64,000 nt of DNA from Mobula hypostoma (taxonomy: Eukaryota), in assembly GCF_963921235.1 (NCBI RefSeq), contig NC_086108.1, positions 38,504,001-38,568,000 of the forward strand, read 5' to 3'. Below are positions 25,701 through 37,773 of this stretch, piece by piece (the stretch's first letter is position 1; every line of letters starts with the position of its first letter). Position numbers and translations under genes: made by a program. The notes under the pieces are model-generated. The model did not search any database. It was not told where the DNA came from and worked only from the letters and a program-made list of their open reading frames with translations.

Positions 25701-27089
25701 CTACCTGTACATCAACTACTCCATCCTCTAAACTGTCATTTTGGATCCTATCCCCTTGCCAAACTAGTTTGAGCCTTCCCCGTTAGCTCTAGCAAATCTG
25801 CCATAAGGATTTTGCACCCCCCTGCCAAGTTCAGGTGTAACAATTCCATTTTTTAAAAGGTTATACCTTCCCCAGAAACCTTGTCCCCATGCACCAATTC
25901 CTCGGCCACACATGCATCTGCTAAGTCGTCCTATTCTTACCCTCACTGGGAGGTAGCCCAGGCAGAAATCCAAAGATGACGACCCTTGAGGTCCTGCTTT
26001 TCAGCTTCCTACATAACTCCCTATATTCCTTCTTCAAGACCTCATCCGTTTTCCTGCCTATGTCATTAGCACCAATATGTACTATGACTTCTGGCTGCTC
26101 ACCCTCCCCTTTTAACATGTTGTGGACCTGATCTGAGATGTCCCTAACTCTGACACCTGGGAGGCAATATACCATCTAGGTATCTTTTTCATATCCACAG
26201 AATCTCCTGTCTGCTCCTCTAACTACTGGATCTCCTATTATCACAGCACTCCCCTTCTCCCTCATTCCCTTCTGAACTGCAGAACCAGAGGACCTGGTGT
26301 CTGTAGTTTTCCCTGGTAGGTCACCACCCCTCCACAAGAATAATATCCAAAGTGGTATACCTGTAATTGAAGGGAATGGTCACAGAGATACTCTGCACTG
26401 TCTCTTCTCATTCCCTCTCCTGACAGTCACCCAGCTACCTGCCTGTTGCAACTTAGGGGTGACTATCTCCCTGTACAGCTTATCTATCTCTTCCTCCTTC
26501 CCCCGTATGAGCCATGGATCATCCATCTGTAGCTCCAGTTCCTTAACATAGTCTGTAAGAAGCAGCAGCTGAATGCATTTCACACAGATGTGGTTATCGG
26601 AAAGACTGGAGAATTCCTACATCTGACACAAAGAACACTAAACCTGAACCCATTTTCACTGCACTAGCTACACTCTAGTAGACAAAGAAAGAAAGATAAA
26701 TTCAAAACAATTATGTAATTAATCGTTTTGTTTCACACTGAGATGCAGATTGTGTTCTGTCTGAATCATAATTTTGAGTATACTTTTACATTGGCATTTA
26801 TCACGGAGGTAATCTATGTAATTTTTGTTGTAATACCATATATGTAAAACAAATAACAATGAAAATCGATTCTGATATTTACAATGAGTGTAATACATCA
26901 GCAGTTTTGTCTTCATAAATCATATTTGAATAATCAATTTGGTGCTATTTGAAAGAAAAATCCTGCCTTTTCTCAGTAAATGCAATGCATAATACCAGAA
27001 CAAGTTTTAAATATGCTTATGAAAAAGGACTATATATTTCACAGTAACCTTTTATTTCTTTCATCATTTTCAAAGGGGTTTTTGATATT

Positions 27090-27775
27090 TTAGATTTTAG
27101 ATTAGATTTAGATTATGAGGACACTCAGTCCTCATTTATTATCATTTAGAAATTCATTCATTAAAAAATGATACAATGTTCCTCCAGAATGATATCACAA
27201 GAAACATATGACAAACCAAGACTAAAACTAACAAAACCACATAATTAAAACATATAGTTACAACAGTGCAAAGCAATACCATAATTTAATAAAGAGCAGA
27301 CTATGGGCACGGTAAAAAAAAGTCTCAAAGTCCCGATAGCCTCATCACCTCACGCAGACGGTAGAAGGGAGAAACTCTCCCTGTCATGAACCTCCAAGCG
27401 CCGCAAACTTGCCGATGCAGCACCATTGGAAGCAACCAACTGCAGCGGACTCTGAGTCCATCTGAAAACTTCGAGCCTCCAACCAGCCCTTCGATATTGA
27501 GCACTGAGTGCCATCCTCTGCCGAGCGCTTCAACCCGGCCGCCGAGCAACAAGCAAAGCCGAGGACTTGGGGCCTTCCCCTCCGGAGATTTTGGACCACA
27601 CAGTAGCAGCAGCAGCAAAGCAGGCATTTCAGAAGTTTCACCAGATATTCCTCCGTGCTCTCACGTCCCTCTCCATCAAATCAGGATTGGGCACAACACC
27701 CTACTTGACAAATAACAGACATCACCACCGGTGTGGCCGCTGTGAGCTGCGTCGTGTCGCCATCTTCTCCTCTCC
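27090..27775 (-). mobile_element. Short non-coding retroposon (non-autonomous, Rex-like ends)
   Basis: Minus-strand 5' end GAAGATGGCGAC; AATAAA plus (AATCT)n-type tail at 27090-27140; no RT coding. Confidence 0.6.
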
Positions 27776-29467
27776 TTGATGACTGAACTGCCAGTGTCAA
27801 TGTTTGGTCTTGATGTTCCTGCTGAGTTATAACTTTTAGTTGAAGCTACAACTTGGAATTGAACATAGAGTATGTATTTGAAAACCATTGGCCCTATTAT
27901 GCTAGTTCTACCAGCACTTTCTCCTGGAATGTTTTTCAAAATTACATGAACAAAAAAGTGAATTTTTTTCAAAATTACATAAAGCTGGGAGATATATAAG
28001 AATGAAATCGAGTCATTGAGGCCTTTTGTTTATTCTGTATGTTTAAAGCTGAGAGATCATTACTCCAATGCTGCCAAATCTAGTGAATTCTTTCTTGTTT
28101 CTTTAAAGTCCAACAAGACTTTCTTCAAATGCTTGTCAAACACATTGCCAACCACAGTTCTTCCATGGGCAATGGGAATTAACTTTCCAAAGTCATTAAT
28201 CATGGCACCAAAGGCTATTCTGTATCATCTGGTGATCACCTATGTACTTGATCATTCAACATTACAATTTACATGACAGGAAAGGGAGTCCACTCTCTCA
28301 GTGTTCAGCTAGTAATGATCACTTAAGTTGAAGCCTACTATTCTGGAGGCTTCACGCTACTATGCAGCATCCTGGTTTGATAAGTCTGTTTCATCCATCA
28401 ATGCAATGAAATGAAAGTCCACTAAAGGTTCATTACTCAACTTCCGAAGTTACATACACTTGCCAAGCACCAACAACTACAATTTCTTTCCTCCCAGAGA
28501 TGCTGCTCAACCCGCTGAATTCCTCCAACAGATTGTCTGTACCTCCAAGACAATGTCTGAATACACGAAGTTGCAATCTTTCCCAGCTTTCTCCCTTTCC
28601 TACCTTACAATGGTTATAAATATAACGGTTGCATAACAAACAATGATCAGTCCAATTCATCTTCTGTATATGGGGAATAATATACCTTAATTTCTTTGAA
28701 GTCACTTTAAGGCACACAAGCCAGAAGTGTTCTTTTGCTCAGTACAGTTGAGTATAGAAAGTAAAAGTGCTAATGCATGTAAAAATCAATGAGCTAGAAA
28801 GCTAGTCAATGATTTGTGAATGTAAATTCAATAGTAAAAGTCTTGAACCTGCTCACTTGAAGTTGCAGACTTGTCCTTTCCAACTGCACTCAATTATAGT
28901 TCTATCTTGCAAAGGAATTAAATCACTGACCCTGTGTCAGTTTACTCCTGGTGCAGGATCTATGAGCCCATTGACCTCAAAGGAAATTGGTGAGAAAAGG
29001 TTAAGATAAGATATTAGCCAAGTGGATGAATTTCTATACAAGAAAGTTCCTTAGACTAAAAAGATGGATAACAAATTTCATTCAATTAATCTCACATTCT
29101 TAATGCTGAATTGATATGAAAATGACTACTTTCAAGCTCAGAGAAGAATTAATTGCTGGTTTATTTAATGGAGAAAGAAGAATTGATTTCAAAATCCTCA
29201 GAAAACCAGATACATTGGTGGAAATTTTAGTTTTTACACGTCACTGCTTATTTACATCTTAACAAGATCATTTCTATGGAAAATGATAGTGGGGATTTGT
29301 AGTTGAATATGGCACCTGTAGCCAACCAGTCCATTACAATACACTTTGCAACTCGAGTAAAGTTGAATAATTGCCCTTTCTGTGCTTCTCTGTTGATATC
29401 TTATAGTGACATCCATCCACATTTTAAGAATGAAATATACTCACTATTTATATCTGTCCTTTTAAAG

Positions 29468-29544
29468 ATATCGGCTGGTGGGTACAAGAAATTACATGAA
29501 TTGTGAACTATCTGGCTGGACTGGTCTTGTCCCATATTGTGAAG
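29468..29544 (+). CDS. CFH-like exon 4 (CCP2, second half)
   Basis: AAG acceptor, GTAATG donor, 77 nt, phase 2-1. YRLVGTRNYMNCELSGWTGLVPYCE. Confidence 0.93.
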
Positions 29545-29939
29545 GTAATGAAAAGATAAATATTAAATATGTCACCACTAATTTGTAATGGATTATTACT
29601 GTGAGATAAAACACTGAATAAAATATAGCAATCTCAAAACACAGAGCATGAAAATTCAGTCCTTTATGGAGTGGAATGTGACTAACATAATTCCTTTGTG
29701 AAATTACACCACTCCAGAAATGTGGGTATTTTCAGTAGTACATTCCTTAAGAATGGATGCATAACTTCCATGTCATTTATAAACATTCAGGTCTACCTTT
29801 CCATGTAGACTAACAATCAGTTTGCATTTTCAGATTCCTCTTTGGATCTTGATGAGCAACGGAAAAGGAAACAGTCCACACTCTTGCGATATTTTGCATT
29901 TGATCTGAAAATAATAGTACCATTACATGTGTTTTACAG

Positions 29940-30137
29940 TAAGGACCTGTCCGCCTGTGAATAACCCTGAAAATGGAAGGATTGCAGAGCCTAGCTTTTT
30001 GGACAATGCTCATGATTATCCTTTTGGCTCCTTCCTGAGATTTGAGTGCAATTCTCCTAATATGGAAATTCATGGGGCTAGGCAAATTTATTGTTTAGAA
30101 AATGGAACATGGAGTAATCCAGTACCCAAATGCAAAG
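29940..30137 (+). CDS. CFH-like exon 5 (CCP3)
   Basis: CAG acceptor, GTAAGA donor, 198 nt. VRTCPPVNNPENGRIAEPSFLDNAHDYPFGSFLRFECNSPNMEIHGARQIYCLENGTWSNPVPKCK resembles factor H CCP3 (CLPVTAPENGKI...YHFGQAVRFVCNS). Confidence 0.95.
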
Positions 30138-32016
30138 GTAAGATTCAGTGTTCACCTCTTGACTAAATTTCACAAAAGCTTCTTATTTGACATTCACGAA
30201 AAGGAACCAAACCTCAGAAATGTAAGCAAGATGAACTTATACTGCTATTCAAGCTTGCTCTACCATTCCATGAGATCATAAATGATCTTCTATCATGCCC
30301 ACTTTTCCTTTCTACACATCTTGATTCTTAACAGAGTAAAACATTTTGATGATGCGCTGCCACCTGAAACTGGAATCTCATTTATCTAAGTCCTAAATGC
30401 TGATCTTTTCATCCTCAACCTCTCAATAATCTAGCAAGAGAAAACAAGCTTGAATCATCTCCCCAAAAAATCCATTCATAATAATGTATTCATATTTTTC
30501 CAAACCCCAGCAAGAGTAGATGAAATTTTCCTTACAAAAAATCCTTCATCCCAGAAATCAATCTATCCAATCAAAACTGCAACACATCCAAATCTTCCAT
30601 AAATGTAGAAACCAAAGTTAGTGTTGGACGCTGATGAATCAGTGTGAGCCTTCCTGTAGAAAAAAATCAAATTTAGTACAGATCAGTTTTCAAATCATGA
30701 TCTGTCCACATCAGCATATTACTGGCCATTTCTTATGGGAAAATATCAGAAATCCTGCTTGGAAATATTTCTCTCCACACTCATCATTCACGTTTAAGAC
30801 TTCCACACAAGCACAGAAGTTCCAGATTTACTGGCCACATCAAAGTGCAGTAAGAATTTACAAGGCTGATTCTAGAGATGTCAAGTATGAAGAGAAATTG
30901 ATTAGACTAACCCTTTATTTTCTACAATTTTGAGAAATGAAGGGATATCTCCTTGAAGATTTAAGATTTTTTACTGGACTTGACAGGCTATGTAAACGGA
31001 GAGATTCCCCTGGCTGAGGAAACTAAAACCACAGTCTCAGAATAAGGGAATGTCAGTTTGCACTGAGATGAGGAGGAATCTCTCTGCTTAGAAGATGGAA
31101 AATCCTTGGAATTTTCTATCTTAGAAGACTGTGAAGGTTCAGTTGTTGTGTTCATTCAAAACCAAGATCAATAGATTTCTCCATTATATAGAAAAACAAA
31201 AGATCTAACATTTAGAATTGGGATGAATTTGAACAAATGTTGACAATGGTAGATTTGTAAAAGCGAAGTTAAGACTGAGGTAGATTATCAGCAAATGCGG
31301 GTAGTTTGCCACTAGCAAGAAGTTCTCTGTGATTCTATTTTCTTCCTGTACACACAGAGTTGAGGACCTTAAACATTTCCATGCTTAAATTATTCCCTCT
31401 CATGCAGCAGCAAATCTTGGTAACTTATCCAACAATTTTCATATAGAGATAGCCCAATCAATGAAATGCAATTTCTCTTTCCCAGATATATCATAATGCC
31501 TATTAAACATAAAATTGGCATTTCATGGAAGTTTCCAAATCATTTGGCAGCAGACATTTGTTTGTTGTAACAAAATAAAGTTTTAACTGGGTTAGGAAGG
31601 ATAAGGTCAAATTTTCTTAATTGCTTGGAAAAGTTTTGTACAAGGAAATTGTAACTCAACGTGAAGACATAATAGAACCATAATATTATTCATTCCAAAC
31701 AAGAGAGACAATGTTTTAACAATACCACCTTTGCTATTTAAACTACACGCATTTTGACCTTCTCTGTTGAATAATCTTATGAAGTATTCTTGTTCAAAGT
31801 GCAATCATTCTGAAAAGTCACGTGGATCTGCTCAGTATACTTTTCATACATATCAAAATCCAATTCACACCAGATTTTCGTAACCAGGTCAGTGCAAGAA
31901 CAAGTGAGCAATGGCAAAACTTTGTCAGCTTAATACATTTAATAGTCTAGACATATGATGGGTTGTATGAAGAACAGAATTGTATTTCAATTTAAAAATC
32001 TATATGCATACTGTAC

Positions 32017-32762
32017 GTGTTGCCCCATTATAGGAAGGCTGTCAAGGCTTTGGAGAGGGTGCAGAGCTTTACCAGGATGTTGTGTGCTATAACAAGATGT
32101 TGGACAAACTTGGGTTGTTTTCTGTGGAGGCTGTGGGGATATCTGATAGAGGTTTATAAGATTATGAGAGGCATGAGTAGAATAGACAGGGAGTATCTTT
32201 TTCCCAGGGTTGAAATGTCTAATACGTGAGGGTACGCATTTAAGGTGAGGGGGGTAATTTTAAAGGAGATGTGTAGGGCAAGTTTTTTTACACAGAGAGT
32301 ATTGGATGCCTGGAATGCATTGCCTGGGGCAGAGGAAGAGGCAGAAACATTAGGGACTGTTAAGAGTCATTTAGATAGGCAGGTGAATGAGAGGAAAGTG
32401 GAAGGATATGGACCTTAGACATGAGGAAATCTGCAGATGCTGGAAATTCAAGCAACACACACAAAAAATGCCGGTGAGCGCAGCAGGCCAGGAAACATCT
32501 ATAGGAAGAGGTACAGTCGACGTTTCGGGCTGGGACTCTTCGTCAGGACGAATGGTCCCGGCCCGAAACGTCGACTGTACCTCTTCTCATAGATGCTGTC
32601 TGGCCTGCTGCGTTCACCAGCATTTTTTGGATATGGTCCTTAAGTAGGCAGAAGAGATTTGCTTAGTTGGTCATTTGGTCACCAATTTATTTGTTTTGGC
32701 ACAATATTGTGGGCCGAAGCACCTGTTCTTGTGCTGTACTGTATGTGCTATGTGCTCTGTGC
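32017..32762 (+). mobile_element. CR1 LINE 3' portion
   Basis: PHYRK..ALERVQ...LIEVYKIMRG...FFTQRV motifs and (TGTGCTA)n-like tail. Confidence 0.8.
32418..32628. mobile_element. 211-bp Penelope-derived hairpin insertion folding back at the hammerhead core
   Basis: TSD GGATATGGWCCTTA at 32404-32417 and 32629-32642 (one mismatch); arms meet at TTCGTC-AG-GACGAA; minus-strand hammerhead motif at 32514-32549. Confidence 0.88.
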
Positions 32763-33019
32763 TAAGGTTAGTATTTATGGTAGAACTATTTGGGGTTGAA
32801 ATGGGACTTTGCTTTGTGCATTGGAAATGTGAAAGCACAGACCTGAAGGAGTAATATCCTGCAGCTGATCTTCAGCAAGGTTAGAAGCACAATGAAACGT
32901 AAAAGTTGCTGCTCTATTTCATACAATACCTGCCTGAACAACCTTTGGCTATCATGGATATGTAAATAAGGAACCTAAATTTTCAGGACTCTTACAGAAA
33001 TTGGATCCTTGTCCCACTA

Positions 33020-33360
33020 GGTCCCTTCCCCCTCCCAGCTGCCCATACCACCTCCCCTATTTGGTTCAATGATCCATTTTCTTTTTTTCATCAGATTCTA
33101 TCATCCATAGCGCTTTGTTACCACCACACATCACCTCTCAACCTTTGTTGCTACTTCCAACAACAGAGCTGTTCCCTCCTCCATCTGTCCATAACCCTTC
33201 CTCACCTGGATCAATCTATCACTTGCCAGCTCTGCTGCACCCCTTCCCCTCATCTCATCTCATCTCCCCCTACTCTTTCAGTTCAACTGAAGGATCTTGG
33301 CCAAACATGTCAACTGTCCACTTTTTCTCCACAGATGCTGCCTGAACTGCTGTGTTTGTC
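33020..33360 (+). mobile_element. Old Penelope-like 3' fragment
   Basis: Pyrimidine-rich 3' UTR, eroded hammerhead (about 33280-33316), then CAGATGCTGCCTGA.CTGCTG. Confidence 0.55.
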
Positions 33361-33904
33361 CAGTTGAGCTTTTATTTTAGGTTGGACTTGGAGGCTGACT
33401 TCAGTCTCAATTTTTCAACAGTATCTTTGGCTTTTACAGCAGTTGCCAAGAAGAATGATTGTTTTTATGACTATAACACACTTTCTGTGAGGGCGATGGT
33501 ACTGTGGTGAATCTACAACTCTTTCTAAGAGTAACTGCTAGCTTGCATTTGACCCTTTTCCATCACAGTGTTTTATATTTCATACTTCCTCTCTGCACTG
33601 TATTCCCTTCAGTCCATCAAGTCCATGACAGTGCTCAGGCAGATCTCATTCTCATTTCCCTTACACATGCTCATTAATACCAGCCTTGTTTCACTTCTAC
33701 TCATCTATAAAATGGTCATTTGTAGTGGCCAATTAACCTAACAACCATCACCTGTTTAGAAGCATGGAAAACAGTAGCAGGCCATTCAGCCCAACTGGCC
33801 TGCTGCACCATACAACATAATTAGGTTGATTATCTACTTGAGCTTCCTGTTCTTGCTTTCTTCTGTATTCATTGATCTATTTAGCATTAAGAAATATATC
33901 AATA

Positions 33905-34700
33905 GTTCAATTTAATATCAGAGAATGTATACAATATACAACCTGAAATTCTTACTCTCCACGGACATCCTCAAAACAGAAGAAAAAAAACCCCGAAGAA
34001 TGAATGACAGAAAAAAGATGTAAGAACTCCAAAGCCCCCTGTCCTCCCCACCACATACAAGCAGCAGCAAGCAGCATCAACTGCCCCCCCACCCCGTTAT
34101 TCCAGCATAAAGCATCAGCATTTCCACCACCCAGCCTCCATGGTTCTACAGTCATCAAAAACTAATTATTCACTCCAAGATTTCAACATCCCACAGGCTT
34201 TCTCTCTCTCACTAACAAGGGAGAGGCAGATATCGTTCCTTCCACAGCAACAGAGGAGACAACAGTCGCTGTTTTGTTGTTAGTCAGTCTGAAGCGTTGC
34301 TTTTTATTTCAAGTTCTCCAACTCGAGAATCAGCAAGTCAATTACTGCGTGCAGAGCCCTCTGACAGCCACTCTCGCTGTCTTCTATGTTACCGCTCCCG
34401 CTACATTTCAGTTTATGACTCCAGTGAGGATTCGTATCCACAGAGCTGCATGGGCCCCGAAGTCGCCTGACATCAGGCCGAACCTGGACATATTGAAAAG
34501 TGGCCGATTGGCGAGCTCCAAGCACAGGAATACGCTGTCGTGCAGAACCGCTGTTTTTGAGTGTGACCGTAGATCAAAGATCCCGATAAGATCCCGACCA
34601 CCCTGAAAAGGAAAATAGAGACATTAGAACAGGAAGAATTTAACTGCATCGCTGATGAGCTGGGAGAAGTTGGCCATTGGCATCATCTTTAGCTCTGCCC
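33905..34700 (-). mobile_element. Short non-coding retroposon (Rex-like 3' end) nested in an old CR1
   Basis: 3' end GTTCAATTTAATATCAGAGAATGTATACA..ACAACCTGAAATTC, shared with about 47480-47620 and, inverted, about 35060-35245. Flanking DNA 33760-36370 is eroded minus-strand CR1. Confidence 0.6.
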
Positions 34701-36715
34701 TCACATGATATCTACCTGATCCTTAAAGATACATGATGAATTGTTGAGCACTAAACTCTGTCAAAGATCTCCACAGGTTTACCATCCTCTAGGTGAAAAA
34801 AATTCTCCTGACCTCAGTTCTAAATAGCTTTTGTCATATCCTGAGGCATGAACCTAGGATATGGACTCTCAAGCTGTAAGGTACTTTCTCCCTGTCTTTC
34901 TTGTCCTGTCAGAATTTGACAAGTTTATGTTAGATTCTTCCAATTCTTCTACCATCTAAAGAACACAGGCCTGACTAACTCACTCTCTCTCATTGTCAGT
35001 CCTGCCATCCCAGGAGTCAGCGTAACAAATCTGTGTTCTACCATCCCACCCAATCCCCAAGGAATGAGCATTCTTCCACGGAGCAGGAGCTTGTGTGAAG
35101 AGAGGTGGAAGGGGGGATTTGGGGTATCAATGTTTCTATCATTCATTCAATTGGGTCTCTTGTTTCATGGATATCTGTGAAGAGTATGAATTTCAGGTTG
35201 TATACCGCATACATTCTCTGATATTGAATGAACGTTTGAGACTTTGAAAAACTATACAGATGGGTCTCACCAATGCCCTCTGCAGCTGTAGCAAGGCAGT
35301 CTTGTAGCTACACTCAAATTCTCTGAAAATGTAGGCAAGCATACTGTACTGCCTGTCTACATTCTCAGTCCTGATGGAAGGTCTCAAGCTAAAACACCAA
35401 CTATCCTTTTGCCCTCCCCAGATACTTCCTAACCATTGGGTTCCTTTTCTTGCTTCAGATTCCACTATCTGCATTCTCTGGGAAATCTCTTGATTTCTTA
35501 ACTAGTTGCTGCACCTCAACATGTGGTCACAGTTGTTGGAATGCAAAGACACCAAGAGATCATCATATCTGCCATTTCCCCTGTGTTATTACCTTTCAGA
35601 TCATTTGCCTTTCTCTTCTGAGAGTGACAACTCCGTACTTGTTCACATTTAACTGCATCTGCCCACTATTTCAACTTTTCTAAATCACATTCAAGATAAC
35701 TTGCACTCTCCTCACATCTCAACCTTTCCTCAACACCACATCACCTGCAGAACTGGGAGATCATGCACTTAGTTCCATCATCCAAAGTATTAACATCTAT
35801 TGTGAGTAGCATAGCATCAGTGTTTGGCACTTGCAAATTGACCCATTTTTCTTGTCAATCAGTTAATTGTCAATGAATTCAATTTAATGCATCAATTCAT
35901 GTGTTTTAGTAACTTCTTTTGGGAAAACGTGTCAAATGCTTTTTGAAAATCCAAACACACCACATCTTCTTGCTTTACCTTATCCATTTCGCTAATTCCA
36001 TCCTTAAAATAACACAACAGATTGATTAATTCCAGAAATCCATGGTGATTTTGTCCAATTCAATTAAAATCTTTCTAATTGTTCTTTTAATTGTGTGTGT
36101 TTTTTTAACAGATTGTAGTATTTTCCACTATTTGCAGAGCCACTTGATTTTGAAATCTGGAACAAAGGATATAAGGTTCTTAGGATATGCAACTTCCATT
36201 AATTATTTAACACAATTTCTTTGGTTATAATTATTAGCTTCATTTTCTCCCTGCCACTAAATCCTTTGTTCCGTGACATACTGTACCTGGGAGAGTACTT
36301 ACCTTCTAGGTGAAGACAGAACTAAAGTACATGTTTAACTGTTCTGCCATTTCCTTACTTTCCCTGTTTCTTATTGTTTGAGACCAATAGGTCTTTTTGC
36401 TGACTTTGTGAGGAAATTCGCAAACTTTACTTTGCCCTTTCCTCCTGCCATTGCCTCACTTTTTCACTAACAACTCTCCATCCCATTGTGTTCCATGCAA
36501 AAATGAAACCCAAATTGTGGGCAAGTGAACATTGGAATAATGAGAAATGCTCATCCAAAAAAACAAGAGTAAAGATTAAATCAGTCTTGCACCTCACAGT
36601 TGGTCACGTGTTTTCCGGTTTGTCACTGAATATGCCAAAAAACAGTATGTGATCAAATTTTAGTTCTTTGCCTTTTTTGTGGATAGATTGATCAGAGATT
36701 GTTATAATGTAACAA

Positions 36716-37032
36716 AGGGGATACTCCTCCCCCTTCCCTTCCTTCCACGGCCTTCTGTCCTCTCCTATCAGATTCCCCCTTCTACAGATCTTTATCTCTT
36801 TCACCAATCAACCTCCTAGTTCTTTACTTCACCCCTCATGTTCCCTCCTCCCAGTTGCACCTATCACCTACTACCTTGTTTTTCTACTTCCCCTCTCCCC
36901 ATCTTCTTACTCTGACCCCATCTTTTTTCTCCAGTTCTGATGAATGGTCTTGGCCTGAAACGTTGACAGTTTACTCTTTTCCATAGATACTGACTGGCTG
37001 GCTGAGTTCCTCCAGCATGTTATGTGTGTTGT
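36716..37032 (+). mobile_element. Penelope-like 3' fragment with degenerate hammerhead (36932-36969)
   Basis: CAGTTCTGATGAATGGTCTTGGCCTGAAACGTTGACAG followed by ...TCCTCCAGCAT..TGTGTGTTG; flanked by a TGTTATAATGTAA duplication. Confidence 0.75.
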
Positions 37033-37256
37033 TATAATGTAAACCTTTTTCAACTTTACACGATTCATATTGTTATTGCAAATCCATTAAATTTTCGGAA
37101 TCGAAGAGTATGATATGATTAAAATTGATACATTAATCACTGACATGTCCATTCCCTCCTTTAACATACAATATAGTTATTACTTTGGTTATAGTATTTT
37201 CAAGAAATTGCAATGAAAGCCAGTACAAAATATTTTTAATACTTTTGAATTTTTAG

Positions 37257-37427
37257 AATTAAAATGTAAGAGACCAGATATACCCAATGCAAATGTGAAG
37301 ACTGAGAATGAGGAATTTAGATATCTCGAAAACTTATCGTACACCTGCAATCGTAATTTTAAGCCTTCTGGTCTTCGATCAACCACATGTACCGAGTCCG
37401 GATGGAGTCCACCACCGTTATGTACAC
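37257..37427 (+). CDS. CFH-like exon 6 (CCP4)
   Basis: TAG acceptor, GTAAGT donor, 171 nt. ELKCKRPDIPNANVKTENEEFRYLENLSYTCNRNFKPSGLRSTTCTESGWSPPPLCT shares CTESGW with factor H CCP4. Confidence 0.95.
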
Positions 37428-37773
37428 GTAAGTAGATTAGTTTATATAATTGTGTGTTTATTTTGATTAATTTATTCGTCAGAAGACATCATTTCTTGGA
37501 CTATAGACTATAAGGCACTTGGCCCTGAATTGTACAAAGGTTGAAAGAAAATGTAATTTTTATTCTGCACCTGGATACAGTACTGATCATAGTCCTTCAC
37601 CATCCTGTCCTCAGTCCCACAGAGCCTTATGATGCAAATTAAACAAAGTGGTATCCTTACATTTAATGCCAATATTGCCTTAACAAAGACAGCAAGTTAT
37701 GGCCTTTAGCAGAAATTGCTTAACTTCTGTTTTCAGTTGTTCCAATAGTGAAATAGACCATGTAGAAGGTAAT

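Larger units (their letters stand above)
22170..26640 (-). mobile_element. CR1 LINE, near full-length, decayed, with nested insertions
   Basis: ORF1 remnants: zipper (26583-26380) and SGNH-esterase-like CLPG...VHIGANDIG (26175-25921). APE (GVFYR...GDFNFP) and RT (MDFSK...GV.Q.SV.GP...ADDTKVGG) fragments; (TTCTATG)n tail at 22170. Confidence 0.88.
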
